A stretch of DNA of 64,000 nucleotides from Paramecium tetraurelia. Taxonomy: Eukaryota. A model generated the notes under the pieces. The model had not been told where the DNA came from. It worked only from the letters and a program-made list of their open reading frames with translations, and made no database searches. The DNA lies in contig CT868441.1 in the NCBI GenBank assembly GCA_000165425.1, positions 124,001 to 188,000 of the forward strand, in the 5' to 3' direction. The translations under genes were made by a program, and so were the position numbers. Below, one piece after another: positions 40,160 through 53,639 of the stretch (positions within the stretch are counted from its first letter, which is position 1; every line of letters begins with the position of its first letter).

Positions 40160-40583
40160 GGTTTTTAGTAAATTATAATAATATTCGAAACTAATCAATA
40201 ATCTGTTAAATTTTTATTTTCTGTTATTAATTTATTTCAGCTTCAATAAAAAATAAGCAACATCAAGATTCTCATCTAAAAAATAGAATAATATTAGAAA
40301 AAATTAAAGAACAAGACTAATTAGTTTTTTCTAAAATCATTTAAGGTCTAAAAAAATTCAGATTTATATTATAAAAACGAAATACTACATACTATTTTGC
40401 AGACTGAATTAATTAATTATTCAAACTTAGAATCTAATTTGATCTTAAAATAAAGATGAATTGCTTACATTTTTACAATCAAAACTTATGAAATAGCATA
40501 TTTATTTAAAGAATTTAATTCTCTTAATATTATAGGATATAAATATTAAAAACAATTCAAATATTGTGTAATTATGATATGAG

Positions 40584-42588
40584 TCATTTAATTTATTAAA
40601 ATTATTCTGTTTTTAATCTAAAATTAGTAGTTTATTGATTTAATGGCATATTCTAAAGAAGCATCCTAGTAGCAAGGATATCCACAGTTTGATTAAAGTA
40701 TTTTTCTAGTTGCTTTTCAAAGCATTTAAAATATCGATAAAGAAAATCCTTTAGAGATTTTTCTTTTAAGTCTAGTTTGTATAGAGCTGAAGTGAAAAGA
40801 ATATTAAAACACTATCTTAAATCATCTAAAATGATTTAAATCCTCATATCATTATCTTTTTCTTTCAATTTCTCTTTTTCCAACATATCATTAAGAATTT
40901 ATGTTTATGTTAATGCCCTATCATACTCAACTTTCATATCGCTATATTCTCTCTTAACCTAAACAATCTCTTAAATATATTAAAAATTTTAATTTCTAGA
41001 TAAATATATAATTTTACTAATGTTCCTCAACTGAATGTGAACAAGATTCACAAATATAAATATTAGGTGTCTTTTAAATCATCACATTACAATTCCTCAA
41101 TTTATCATTAGATACTGAACAATTTTTGTGACAAGTTTTCTTGCAAGTATTACAATTAGTCATAAAAATTCGAATAGGACAGTCTTTTATTAGTATGTTG
41201 GTTTCAAATATAATATAGTAAAATTCTTTATTCTCTTTTACTATTTAGTCATAATTTTCAATTTTATTTTTATTGGTTTGTATAATTTTATCTATTTTCA
41301 TTCTTAATTAAAGTTCTTCCTACAATTATTCAATTTTTTCTTTTAATCTATTTCTTTCCTTGATAACTTGAATCGTTTAATCTAAGGCAAATCCTTCATC
41401 AGAAGTGATTTTATTGATAAATTTAGTGTAGTTCTCTTGATTTCTTTTATATTGAATATTTGAAATCATGTCACATTTTTTTGAAAAAAAGACTGAATTT
41501 TAAAATTAGCAATATTCTTTAGACAATTCATTAATTTAGACATCACTTAATAATAAGGTGCCTTCATTATTAGTGGGACTAGTTAATGTAACTGTATTCT
41601 TGCTAAGATTATACGTTTACATCAGATTATCCCTCTAACTGAGAACATAAAAGATGGATTGTTGGTTTTCAAAGTTATTTCTATGTATACTTGTAAAGTC
41701 AGAGAAAGTCAAAGCATGAATATAGTGCTGAGCCATATCCATTCCAAAAAGCTTTAAAACGTTTAGTAGAGCCAATTATTGAAGTGTATGATTACCATCC
41801 ACAATATAATTTGTCGAGAGTTGGGAAACAATGATAACCTAATGAATTTTTTCCTAATTATCATACAATTTCTTTAGTCGCTCAGAGATTTAATCAATAA
41901 TTTCTTAGTCTCTTTAAACACCGTCAGTGTCACATAATCCGGGTGTATCTATAAAATTAAATACTAAATCATCGTCAATCTAGATTTTATATAAGTCTAC
42001 GTTTCGAGTCACTGACTTTCCTGTTTGGTTTAAACGATCATCATTAATTACCAAATATCTAGTTTCATCTTCGAATTTTATATTCTTAATAAAATTGTAA
42101 AAACTATTAATTAAAGTAGTTTTTCCTTATCCTGTTATTCCAACCAATAAAATATTTTTAATTCTCTTTCCAGGATTTAATTGTATAATTTGGTCGTCTT
42201 CATTAGGAAGTAATTCTGCACTTCTATAATTCCAATTTAGTACTTTTGATACTGTAGTATAATTTTCATAAATCTTTTGCAGGATCAGAAATTCAGCAGG
42301 TTAACATCTCCTACCTATAAAGCTTTTTTATGAATTTTAAAAAACAAGCATCATTTGGTCAATTGTAACTATATTGTTTTTCTTAAAGAGTTCTGTAAAC
42401 ATTTTTCTTCTTTAATCAGACAAAATTTTATTAATAAATTGTTCCTCTATCTTAGGCCATTCACTTTATATTTTTGGTTTATAAATTTATTATTATTGGT
42501 TTTGTTATACTTAAGATTCAGGGTTTTGAGGTCGTCCAAACAATTCTCTGAATTTTTGACAACAAGATTTTTGATTTCCCTGCTACAT
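40584..42588 (-). CDS. AIG1/septin-like P-loop GTPase with coiled coil and Cys/His-rich domain
   Basis: ILLVGITGQGKTTLINS, KSVT, FIDTPGLCDTDG, LTFSD, later TNCNTCKKTCHKNC...CNVM...ICESCSHSVEEH. One 22-nt intron near 41000. TGA 40584-40586. Confidence 0.82.
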
Positions 42589-42684
42589 CTATTGAATTTA
42601 TTTAATTATATTATTCTAATTTACATAAATTAAAAAAAGATTTTAAATAGCTAATTACAAAAACTAAATTTATCAAAATTATTC

Positions 42685-45600
42685 TCAGCTTCTTTTTGGC
42701 TAGTATATAAATAGATTCTTTGATTTTTATGGCAATTAGTGATTATAGCAAGGTAATTAAGGAGCCTACATAGATTCTTAACTCAGACTAGTAAGTAGAT
42801 GTTTGGTTTAATTTTCATCGGTGATCATAGGTTAAAATCTATCTGTGTCACTGATCTAAATGGACCCTCTAAGCTAGTTCATGTCATTTAATATAGAATT
42901 CTCACTCTATTGCAACCTAAGTTAAATGATAAATGGATTACTCATCATCATTCTATTCTTCTTTTGAGGAGTCCATATTTTCTGTGTACTCCCTATTCTT
43001 GAAGTTCACTCTTTTAATTAGTTTTTTTGAATGAGACTCCCAAGCCTTGAATGCAATCAGAACATTTAGATAATCGTGTAAAATATTGAAATTAGTTCTC
43101 AAATCAACCAAGCATATATTGGCTCGTTTGATAAAAAGATTTCTTCTATAATTCATCAGCTTCATTTGCATTTCTTTGTTATATTGTTTTATTTATTTGA
43201 TGCCGTTCTTGCTTCCAGTTTTAAAAACATCCTCCTAAAAACAAGTTCTAAATAATTCGTAAATTAATTGATTATATTAAATATACCCTCGATGATCACT
43301 AAAATAAGGATGAGAAATACCATTTCAGTTTAAAAGCAGAGGCCTGTTTGGCAGCATCCCAAAGATTCTCTTCCTTCCCTCTCCCCAAAGGTGCTCCTAA
43401 GTCCATAAGAAATCTACATAAAAATTTATAATGCATAGCTTTCCCTTATGTTTCAGGCGAGTACTTACACCAAATTGTTTTGATTCTGTCCTCATTTTCA
43501 ACATATGTTTAAATAATTGAGTTTTGTACCTAAAAAAAGGATTCAAACTATTCTATCAATCCTAGCACAAATAAATTAAGAAACACGTAATTAGATAGTA
43601 ACATAAACAGAAAGAAATAGATCTGGCTATAGGTTGATCCACAATAAGTGGAATCATTTGTACAGTTCGGATTGTGATGCATAGTATCAGTCATAATAGT
43701 TCTCCAATCATCTCCTGAAGCACATTTAAATAAAGTAAGCATAGCCTATGCAATGTTGTGAAAATTGATTTATTCATCCATAACTTATCCGGAGTCTATT
43801 TAGCCATATAATTGACATCCAAACAAAGCAAAAACCAGCATAGTGTCTATCAAAATAAAGAATATCTTTCCCAAAAATGGTAGGGCATAAACCATCACTC
43901 TCATTAATCTCTAGATGTTGATTAAACCTTAGAAGATGAGAATCAATCGCAAACTTCTGAGCATAAAGCAAATTCTATAGAGTCTATAATAGGGTGTTAA
44001 AGGACTTGAGTTGAAGGCAAATTCTACCCAGGAGAATTCAAAATCAATTACCAAATCTGTGATAGCAAATAATATTAAGATAAACAGGAACTACCTCCAA
44101 TAATTATCAAAAAATCTAAACAATCCTAAAGCTAGATATTGAATTAAGCCCCAAATGGTTATTGTTATAGAAAAGCCATGGTGTATGTAATTGATAATAA
44201 TCAAATGTTTAGTAGTCATGTCTGAATGAAATAGTATATTATTAACTAAATCAAGAAGTAGAACAATAAAGAAGATTGTCTGCATAATATTATCATTCAT
44301 AATAATAGAAGCAAATCGTCTGATTACATTGTCTGGTGGTGTAGAGAATACTGGGATGTCTTTGGTAATTATATCAGATATTTCTATGAATTCTTTTTAG
44401 TTTTGATTGAAGTCCTTTTTTTCAATTTTTCTTTAATTGACTTTTAAATTCGAAAAGAGCACTCCTGTAAATAAACTCAAAAAGAACATAGAACCAACGA
44501 AGCAAAACGAAATGAAAAACACATAAGTGTGAATGTAACTATTGAATGGAACCGGCCCAACATTAGCATTATCACTATTTTCTGCAATCTATAACATTTC
44601 TCCCCATCCATCAAAAGTTGATACTGTAAATAATGTTGGAATAGCCATTGTAATGTTATCAAAATTATGTTTGAAATTTACCCAAGTTCTATTTTGTTCT
44701 ATACACTCCTAATAACTAACTCTGAATTCCATTTTATCTTCACAAAACCCAAATTGTCTCTCGTACAAAATGATGCCATAAACACCAAAGATGATCCAGA
44801 CTGAAAATAGAGTCAACAATACATTCAATATATCAACTAATGATTTATAAAGAGCTGAACTCAGGACATTCAAGATAGTAATTCTATTCAATAAATTGAG
44901 GGGTCTGAAATATCCAACATATAAGAAGATCTAAAATATAGGTTTGACATAATCATCCTTTTCATATTGAATGAAGAATGCAATAATATAGATTACATCT
45001 AAAATCTGCCAAATTGAATTAAAGTAGGCTCCATTATCAATGAATAATCCTTTAGCAATGACATTAATAGCATAATCAATAGCAAGAATAAGATTGATGT
45101 AAAATTAGGCCACTTGTGGATAGGTTTCTTTATTCTCCTCATAATCGTTGTAGGTTTGTATGATAAAAATAACAATTGAGGATACAAGGGATAAATCATT
45201 AATTAAGATATATAATTTGGATCTGGCCACTAGCATACATAATTTTCTAAGATGATTTGTCTTATCAAAACAGAATAATGATTATTCGCAATTCACTCCA
45301 TTGTAGAGTTCTGGATTCTCGTCTTATATCTTTTAATAGATCTGTCTTATTGAATTTATTAAGTGTTAAATTAAAGCAATTTTTTATTTACTATTGGTTT
45401 TTTGAAGTGGAACATTTTGAAGTGATCTCATATTATTTATTTCTGAAAATTGCTGAGTTTGTTGAGTTTCTTGTTATTCTGTATTCTAGATCACCAATTT
45501 TGAAGGCTCGTTCTCCTCCATCTCAGAAAAGATTTGACGATCCAAATATTTACCAAATCCATCCAGAAGAATAGCCAACACCAAACCATATGTCAAATAA

Positions 45601-48600
45601 TTCAAGACTATCACCATTGAATACGAATATACAACTGCAAATGTTTCGTTTATGCCTGTTCCCAAAATAAATACACCGTACCAATCATCATTTGTCATTA
45701 TGTTAAATACTGTCATAAATGATTTTAAAACATTGTTATAAGAATGTAATTGTCCCAGAACATCGCTTTGATCAAATCTGCCTGCATAGACTTCCATCCC
45801 AACCAAGGCATATAAAAATATTACAATGAACATCAAGAATGTCAAATAGATGTATTGTTTGAAGGTTTTAGATGCTATGTGACCTATTGTTACTGCCATG
45901 CTATTGTACTTTAAACATCGATAAAATAAGATACACTTGGTTCCCCTTATCAATCGTAAATTTTATTCGGTTAGATTAGGCATGTAATCACTCATTGTAA
46001 ATTCAATGAAATTCAATATAACTATCATAGTTTGCATGATGCTCTCATTACTGTTGGACAATTCTTTAAAAGAAAAACTGCAATATCTTAAAAAGGTTTC
46101 GATTGACAACAGAATAGTAGTAATATCTTCAACTTAGGAAATTATTGAAGCATCGACTATTCCATAGAGTGATAAAAAAGTAAAGTTGACGAAAATGAGT
46201 AAGTCTAAGGCAATTTCAGTTATTTTACTCGATACCATCCTGCTTACTTACTTCTTAAGAATCAAAATTTTCCCAATTATTCCCCTAACCCAAATCACTT
46301 AATCAACTTTATTCATGGCAATCAATGTACTTCTAAAATTAATACTTATATCGTTTTAGTCAATAACATCATTACCTGACCAATTTTAATCAGAAATAAT
46401 TTTATTCTTAATATCTTTCATTCTGATGTTTTTATATTCCTATTCTAGACATTATTATTTAATTTTCTCCTTTTCAATTTTTTATTTAATTTTAAATAAG
46501 ATTTTGTCATAATTTAAATAATATCCTTATATAAATAAAAAGGTTACAACCTCACCTTTTTTAAGAACAAATTGAACAGTATGTTTAGATCGAACCATGT
46601 GTTTTGTAAAACCCTTATAGTTCTTTTTTTCAGTTCTTATACAAGGCTTTCGTGTAATGACTGAGTCTTAAGAACCATTTTCTTTGATTATGTGTTTTTA
46701 TACTCTAAATGACTTCTTTAAAGGGTATTTGAAACTGTTCTATGTGTTATTAGATTTTAATAATTGATCCTGCAATTAATTCAATTGGGGTATTGCATAT
46801 TGAAAGGAGAAGGTGTATTTGCTGAAATCGATAACTTTGTCATCTATGTGTTTCTTCATATTTTAGATGTTTCTAAATAAAAGAATAATAATACGCAAAG
46901 GAAGGCAATACATCTTCCAAACTGGAATACTTTTGATATTGGTTGGGGTTGAGTTATTTTGAGAGTTGGGCAAAATCAAATTTCATCAGGTCTTCTAGAA
47001 TTTTGAGGTAATCTTCATCATCAGTGTAGTTTTTCAGATTGATCAGACTTTGTTGTTTTCTGAGCCTAGAGAACTTGATTAGAAGTACGTTCTTGAAAGT
47101 CAGCCCTCTTAATTTCTACAAAGATGACTGGATGAAATTCATCTAGAAGTAATAAAGATGAAGAAGTTACATTGTTATCATTAACGTTTCTTTGCTTAGC
47201 AGACAGGAGACGTGGTTAAGTGGAATTTTTGGATTGGAAATTCTCCAACTTGTATGAGGATAATTGTTTAGAAGAGTTTAGTAATTTATAGTATTGTGAA
47301 AAGGTTTTATGAAATTCAATTTTTTTAAGCAAAGCAACATCAAAAACATTAGTAGTGTCTCTGATTTATGTTTCATTATAGTTTTGTTATTCTAATAACT
47401 GTTTATTGATTTCTTACTACTCCTATTGTTGTAAAAACTCTTCAGCAGCTTCAGCATAGTGTGTTTTGAGTACAGCAATAACCAAATTGAAACCAAAAAA
47501 GCCTCCAACAAAAATAATTAACAGATAGTAAATCCAAACCCAAGGACTAAAAATGCGGATGGTGAAGAACATTACCCAACTCCAATCATCCATTGTTATT
47601 GTCCTGAGGATTTGTCCATAAGAATATATTATGTTGTTAAAAGAAGTGGGAACCTTCACAGTGTTAGCAACATATTAGCATGTCATCTCATCAGGACATT
47701 AATCAACATTGCATTGAATCCAATCATCTCCTGCATCTTCATCTGGGTTTGTGGGCATGCATCTGTAATTGAATAATCCTTGAAATAAATAGAGTCCAGC
47801 CAAGGCAAAGAAGAGGGAGAATAGTCCCACAATGGCCAAGGCCTCCAAAATGTATTTGATTGATTACCTTAAAGCAGTGAGCATAACTCTCAACCCATCA
47901 AATATGTCACCAAGATACTGAAGAAGAGTTATGATTCTCAGGGGTGATAAATCTATTATCATTATATCGGGACGATACAAATTTAGGGCTGATAGGAGGA
48001 CAATCGAAAAATCAAAAACATTAGAAAAGTTGATGAAGTAAGCATTCTTTGAAAAGAGGAAACCTTGCGAGAGGATTCTCAATCCAATTTCAGTGAAAAA
48101 GAGGATGGTGATGATTTATTCTATCTGGTCTGTGTCTTCTCTGTGTTCAGTCTTCACAATAATGTAGAGTGCAATATTGAAGAGTATGAGGATAGTCATT
48201 AAAATTTGAAACCCAATTGAGTTTACAATGGTCTTAGCCACGATTGGAATCAAAAAAGACATGTACACGATTATCTTTCGCACTTGAAGCAGAGGGTAAG
48301 GATCATGGTAATGCTATATATATGTAAATAAAGAGGACTACTTCCAGTTCGTGTTTGATTCTCTGGTGTCCGTGCAGCTCAACTAACTTAACATAGTATG
48401 GATCGGTTCTGTAATTTCTTTGAGAATGCTTTTCATGCTTACGAATAATGTCTTAATCAACATCCAAAATGGCAGGTTCAACTTAAGGTTTTCTTTAAAA
48501 TTCATTCAGATCGCCCTAACATTTCATTTGCTTCACTATGTCCACTTTGCATCGATCCCTCGCCTCATGTTCAATCAATTAAATCAAAGGAATAGGTTGT

Positions 48601-48881
48601 TCAATGTCAAATTTATTTTGAAATCCTTCTAAAGAGTGTCTTTTCTATTGGTGTTCTTGTTCGGATACACTATCTTAGGGCAACAACCGATTTTCAATTC
48701 CCATATAACTACTCCTGTCTGAGATATTTATAGATTGCTTCAATTGAGAATGGATCGAATTCAATCTATCAGATTAATTAATTTAGTTAATCACTTAAAC
48801 TTCCTCACTCTACCGCTATTTGAACTTTATTGCATTGCTATTCTCGCTCTTTTTCCTCTCGTGTCTTATTTCATATATCAT
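42685..48881 (-). CDS. Four-domain voltage-gated-like cation (Ca2+/Na+ superfamily) channel alpha subunit
   Basis: Four 6-TM repeats with pore loops ITMDDWSW, MTNDDWYG, STFDGWGE, ASGDDWRT. S6 motifs FGFNLVIAVL and FLNLFVLGLIE. EF-like C-terminal segment with APLG. ATG 48881, TGA 42685-42687. Confidence 0.92.
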
Positions 48882-49176
48882 TTATTAATAATAATCTCTT
48901 ATTTAAAATTTCACTTGTTTTATTCTTTTATTTTTTTAAACTTTTTTTCTAACCTTCACATTAAGTAAGCCCACATTTTTAAATATGTAATCTTTAATTA
49001 ATCTCGATCGACATTACTTATCATAGTCAAATTCCCTTATCGAATTCAAATCAACAAAAATTTAATATCAATACTCAAATCATCTATCCGATTACAATGT
49101 ACACTAGAATTCACTGTGTACGGGTTTTCAAATACCATATGTAACAATTTACTTTTATAAAATAAATAAAGCAATT

Positions 49177-50403
49177 ATGAAATAAATATTGGATCTTCAG
49201 AAGCTTATAGCTTTTCGACATACTATGCATTAGAACCCTGAAGCATCGTTAAAGGAATTCTAAACTCAAAAGCGTGTGAGAGAATTCTTGATTGGCTTAA
49301 ACGTCTAAGAGGATGTTATTAAAGTATGCGGAACAACAGGATTAATTGTTGATTTGAGTGGAGCGGCAGAAAAGTCTGGAGATGATAGGTTAATCGCATT
49401 CCGCGCTGATATTGATGCCCTAATATTGAATGAAGCCAATGAGCATCTCCCATATAGAAGTACAAATGGATGTGCTCATATGTGTGGACATGATGGTCAT
49501 ACAACTTGCCTTTTGGCATTTGCATAAATCTTCTAGCATTATAAAGACACAATTCCTAAAAATAAAACAGTGAGACTATTGTTTTAACCTGCAGAAGAAG
49601 ATTATGGGGGATCTGTAGATATGATACGTGATGGTTGTTTAGATAATGTGTAAGAAGTCTATGGATTCCATCAATGGCCTACAGCCAAGATCGGGTAAGT
49701 ATGGTGCAAGGAAGGATCAATGATGTCTCAACCAATTCAGATGCAATTTGATTTTAAGGGAAAAGGCGGTCATGCATCTGAACCCCATAAATTTAATAAC
49801 CCTGTGCAATGTGCGGCTGAATATCTCTACACCATTCATAATTAATTAAGTCAGGAGAAGGGACAATTCACATTTGCATGGACATGCTTCAACGGTGGAA
49901 CAGCTTTCAATGTCATTCCAGATACAGCCTCAGTCAAAGGTATGATTCGTTCATTGGAAGCTGGCCTTGGTGATAGGTTGTTTAATGACGTATATATATT
50001 TCTTATAATAAATTAGTGTTTTAGTGTTGCCGAAAAGACATGCTAAAAATATGGATGCTCTGTTAAAGTTTAGAGATAAGCAGAAAATTACCCTCTGACT
50101 GCCAATCATCCATAAGAAGCATAACATATATTAAGACTTGGTGATAAATATTTTGGTGCTGGCAATGCAAACGCTGGTCCTTGTCCTGTTTATGCCTCTG
50201 AAGACTTTGGAAATTACACTCTAAGAGTACCTGGAGCTTTCTTCTTTTTGAGTTCAGGAAAAAAGTAAGATATTCCAATAATTTTAATTAGTGATACAAA
50301 TAATCCTATGTTGCATCAATCGAACTTTGATTTCAACGATGATCTCATTGAATTGGGAGCTGGATTTTGGTGGGAGATTGCCAAAGATCGTCTATTATTA
50401 TGA
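49177..50403 (+). CDS. M20D-family amidohydrolase (hippurate/IAA-amino acid hydrolase-like)
   Basis: MHQNPE, AFRADIDAL, HMCGHDGHT, LLFQPAEE, GKGGHASEPH, ASEDF, LHQSNFDFND. Introns at about 49990-50016 and 50264-50291. TGA 50401-50403. Confidence 0.93.
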
Positions 50404-51403
50404 ATAACATATATAACATATATAGTAAATTTAATAAGTATCATGATTTTGAATGCGTTATACCAATCGAAAGTAGAGTATACAAGATACCTCAATATTG
50501 TTGGCTAGAAAATGATAGAGTAAATTAAATTTTAGTAGAGATAGCAATCTAAATATTATAACTAAAAAAACCACAATATAGAGAATTAGTCATGTCAAAA
50601 TTTTGAGCTAATTAAATAATTTAGATCAATAAGAGATTAAATTTTAAGGTCAATGACAAAAATTTCACTTCAAGAATTTAATTATTTAAACTAATCAATA
50701 TATTAAACTAATATAAGAAAGGATCCAATGAAAGAGTAATGATTAAGGATGAACAGCTGTAGTTTATTTATAATTTTTTGGTTAAAGTTATTTATTAATC
50801 TTCATTTTCTCAACAAATTTTTATAGAACTTAATATTCTGTTTATAAAATAATTTCCTTTATTTAAACATCTTTTTGATTCTTGTAAAAATTGAAGTTTA
50901 TTGGTTGTTTTATAAGGAAAGAGTTAAAGCAATTTACATTTCTGTAAATTTATTCTAAAGCATTAAATGATAGTATGGTTAAATAATAACAAATAGTTAA
51001 TTTTTGGATATTGAATAAAATAACCTTAATTATAGTTTAAATATCAATGATTGCATCAAATATGAGAATTATAAGGCCAGAAGAACAGAATAATTATCAA
51101 TCTTATTTTGAATATCTAATAAATAGTAACTTTAATTAAATAGCACAAAGAATATATGCTTATAAAATTCTTAAAACTTATAAAAAATTTTAATGGGTAA
51201 ATATTAATGTAATTATTTTTATAAATTTACTTGATATAAAATTTGGAGTAAATTTTGAGTTGATAAATAGGTTTCTACGATTCAAACATTTAGATGCAAA
51301 TAGCAATTTTATAAATAGGAACCAAAATAGAGTTAAAATAAACCAGTAATATCGACATAAATATTGCAAATGAAGATGATTGATAGTTGAATATTTAATA
51401 AGA

Positions 51404-52146
51404 TCACTTTTTTTATTTGATTTAAATAGTTGATGACCTCTTTTTTCGTTCATCATTTCTCTTAATTAAAATAGAAAAGTTATTATAATCTAAGGACGAG
51501 ATAGATCTTACTTTATTGATCTCTAAAGTCTCTGTTTGTAGTCGAGTCTTGGGTTTTATTATTTGCTTGAGTGTTGTTTAGGAAGGTATTCCATTTATCA
51601 TTAAGTATTGCTTCTGTAAGATGATATATATACTCTAGATTGAGTGTCAGTTACACTCTTTTCGGTTTCTATTCGTCTTCTTGATGCGACATCGATTTCT
51701 TTTTTGAGTTGGAATATTTATCTCTCTTGGAGCTTGAAATTGAATAGGTGATAGATACATCGATTTTCATTTGAAGTATTCTACATTATTCGTCTTTTTG
51801 AGTAAGACTCTCTTATATTGAATCACAATGAATCTTTAATCTTTGTTCCACCTGAAATAAATGATAAAATGAACATGGATGTGATATCGATTTTCTGATT
51901 CAATTTTTTGTAATGATTGTTCCAACAGTTCATATTATTCAGTTATCTCTTGATTCAATCTTAATGTACATATTGAGTTTACTCTATAAACTAATCAAGA
52001 ATGCGAGTGATGTATTTAAATGCTACTGAAATATCGTCGGGGAGTATAACGCGTATATCAGAGTAGCCAATTAGATTCAGTTTGTTTTGCAATTCTTCAA
52101 AATACTCTATGATTTATGATTTCAGATCACTATTTAATTAATTCAT
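51404..52146 (-). CDS. Small coiled-coil hypothetical protein
   Basis: MNQLNSDLKSQIIEYFEELQ...YELLEQSLQKIESENRYHIHVEQRLKIHC. Four tiny introns. The 3' end is uncertain. Confidence 0.7.
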
Positions 52147-52156
52147 TAACTGAATA

Positions 52157-53560
52157 ATGTTGCAGGAATCCAAATAAAACAGAGTGTGTGTTCCGACTTA
52201 GAGTGCCATGCAAGAATAAATCTAATATGTAAGAAAATTGCATAAGAAAAGGTGACTTGTGGAGCTGAGAGTACATTTTGTATTACGATACAGAGGAAAG
52301 TGTTTATGTGGGGATCTGGGATTCAAATTCCATAGCAATTAGACCTGTAGGAGATTGAATAGATAGCTGCTTCAAAGGAGCATTGGTTTGCATGGTCTGA
52401 GACATAGGTTTTCGGATGGTAAGAAGTGTGGTAATTTAAATATTAGTGGTTCAAACAAATAAGGCAAATTGGGTATGAACAACTCAGTGAATACTCCGAC
52501 GTTGTTTGACATTTTCAGTGAGGCTTCGCAATATGGATGGCAACTTCAAAAGATAGCTGTTGGATTGGATCATAGTGTAGCATTAATAGAAGTGGAGGAG
52601 GAAAACAAGATTTTCGTTTGGGGTTCCAATACTTATTAGCAATTGGGTTTCGATGCCTCAGAATAATTTGTTGCTATTCCTCATCAATTAGATTCAGACA
52701 ATCTTCCTCGAATTGTTGACATCTATGCATAGCACAATTACACTATGGCCATAGATGAAGAAGGTCGTATCTTTTCATGGGGGAGCAACGAATTTGGACG
52801 TCTAGGACAGAATGCATTTGCCAAGTGTATGAAATTGCCATCTCCCATAACATCACTTGGCAATGCCAAAATAGCAAAACTGGCCTTGGGAACATTCCAT
52901 GTGTTGGCAATCGATACTCAAGGCAATCTCTATTCATGGGGTCGTGGATTGTAAGGGTAATTGGGACATGGGAATTCGAATGATTGCAACAAACCCACTC
53001 AAATTAGTTCTTTGCAAGCAATTAGAGAGGTGACCTGTGGAGAGGCTCACAGTATGGCATTATAAAATAATGGTTCTGTGTATGTCTTTGGATCTGGTTA
53101 ATTTGGATAATTGGGATTGGGAGATTACAAACAATAAGATACACCTTAGATGTTGTAGATTCATGGGGAGATGATTGCTTGTGGGAGACATCACTCAGGT
53201 GTGCTCACCAAAAATGGGGCTTTGTTTATGTTCGGGAACAATGAGCAGAGTCAGTTGGGATTGGAATGTGGAAAGAGTGGTGCCTATTCGACTCCTTTGC
53301 CCAAATAGAGTCCTATGAATGTATTACAGCACTTATGCAATTTAGATAGACCAATCAAATCTTTGAGCTGACTGACGAATTCATGAATAAGATTGAGGCT
53401 AGTAGGAGTGAGGATCTTGAACAAGTAAGCAGTATGTCTCTATTCCTTCTAGTTGTTGGTTGAATATCAATAGAACACGCAGCAGATTCCCAATACACAA
53501 ACGACTATTTTTATCAAGGATTTGATGGAAAGAGTGATTGCTCTTCTGAAGAAGAAATGA
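52157..53560 (+). CDS. RCC1-repeat (beta-propeller) protein
   Basis: Repeats of type IAVGLDHSVAL, FSWGSNEFGRLG, LALGTFHVLAIDTQGNLYSWGRG, VTCGEAHSMAL, IACGRHHSG. Several tiny introns. TGA 53558-53560. Confidence 0.9.
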
Positions 53561-53639
53561 TGAATATGATACGATATATATTCTGGACATTCAAGTATAT
53601 ACTCTTTTATCAAATGTTAAATAAATTAAATTTTAATTA

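Noticed and set aside
50443..50742. About 99-codon ATG-TGA frame in an AT-rich spacer
   Set aside because: Frames of this length arise by chance when TGA is the only stop. No motif or intron support.
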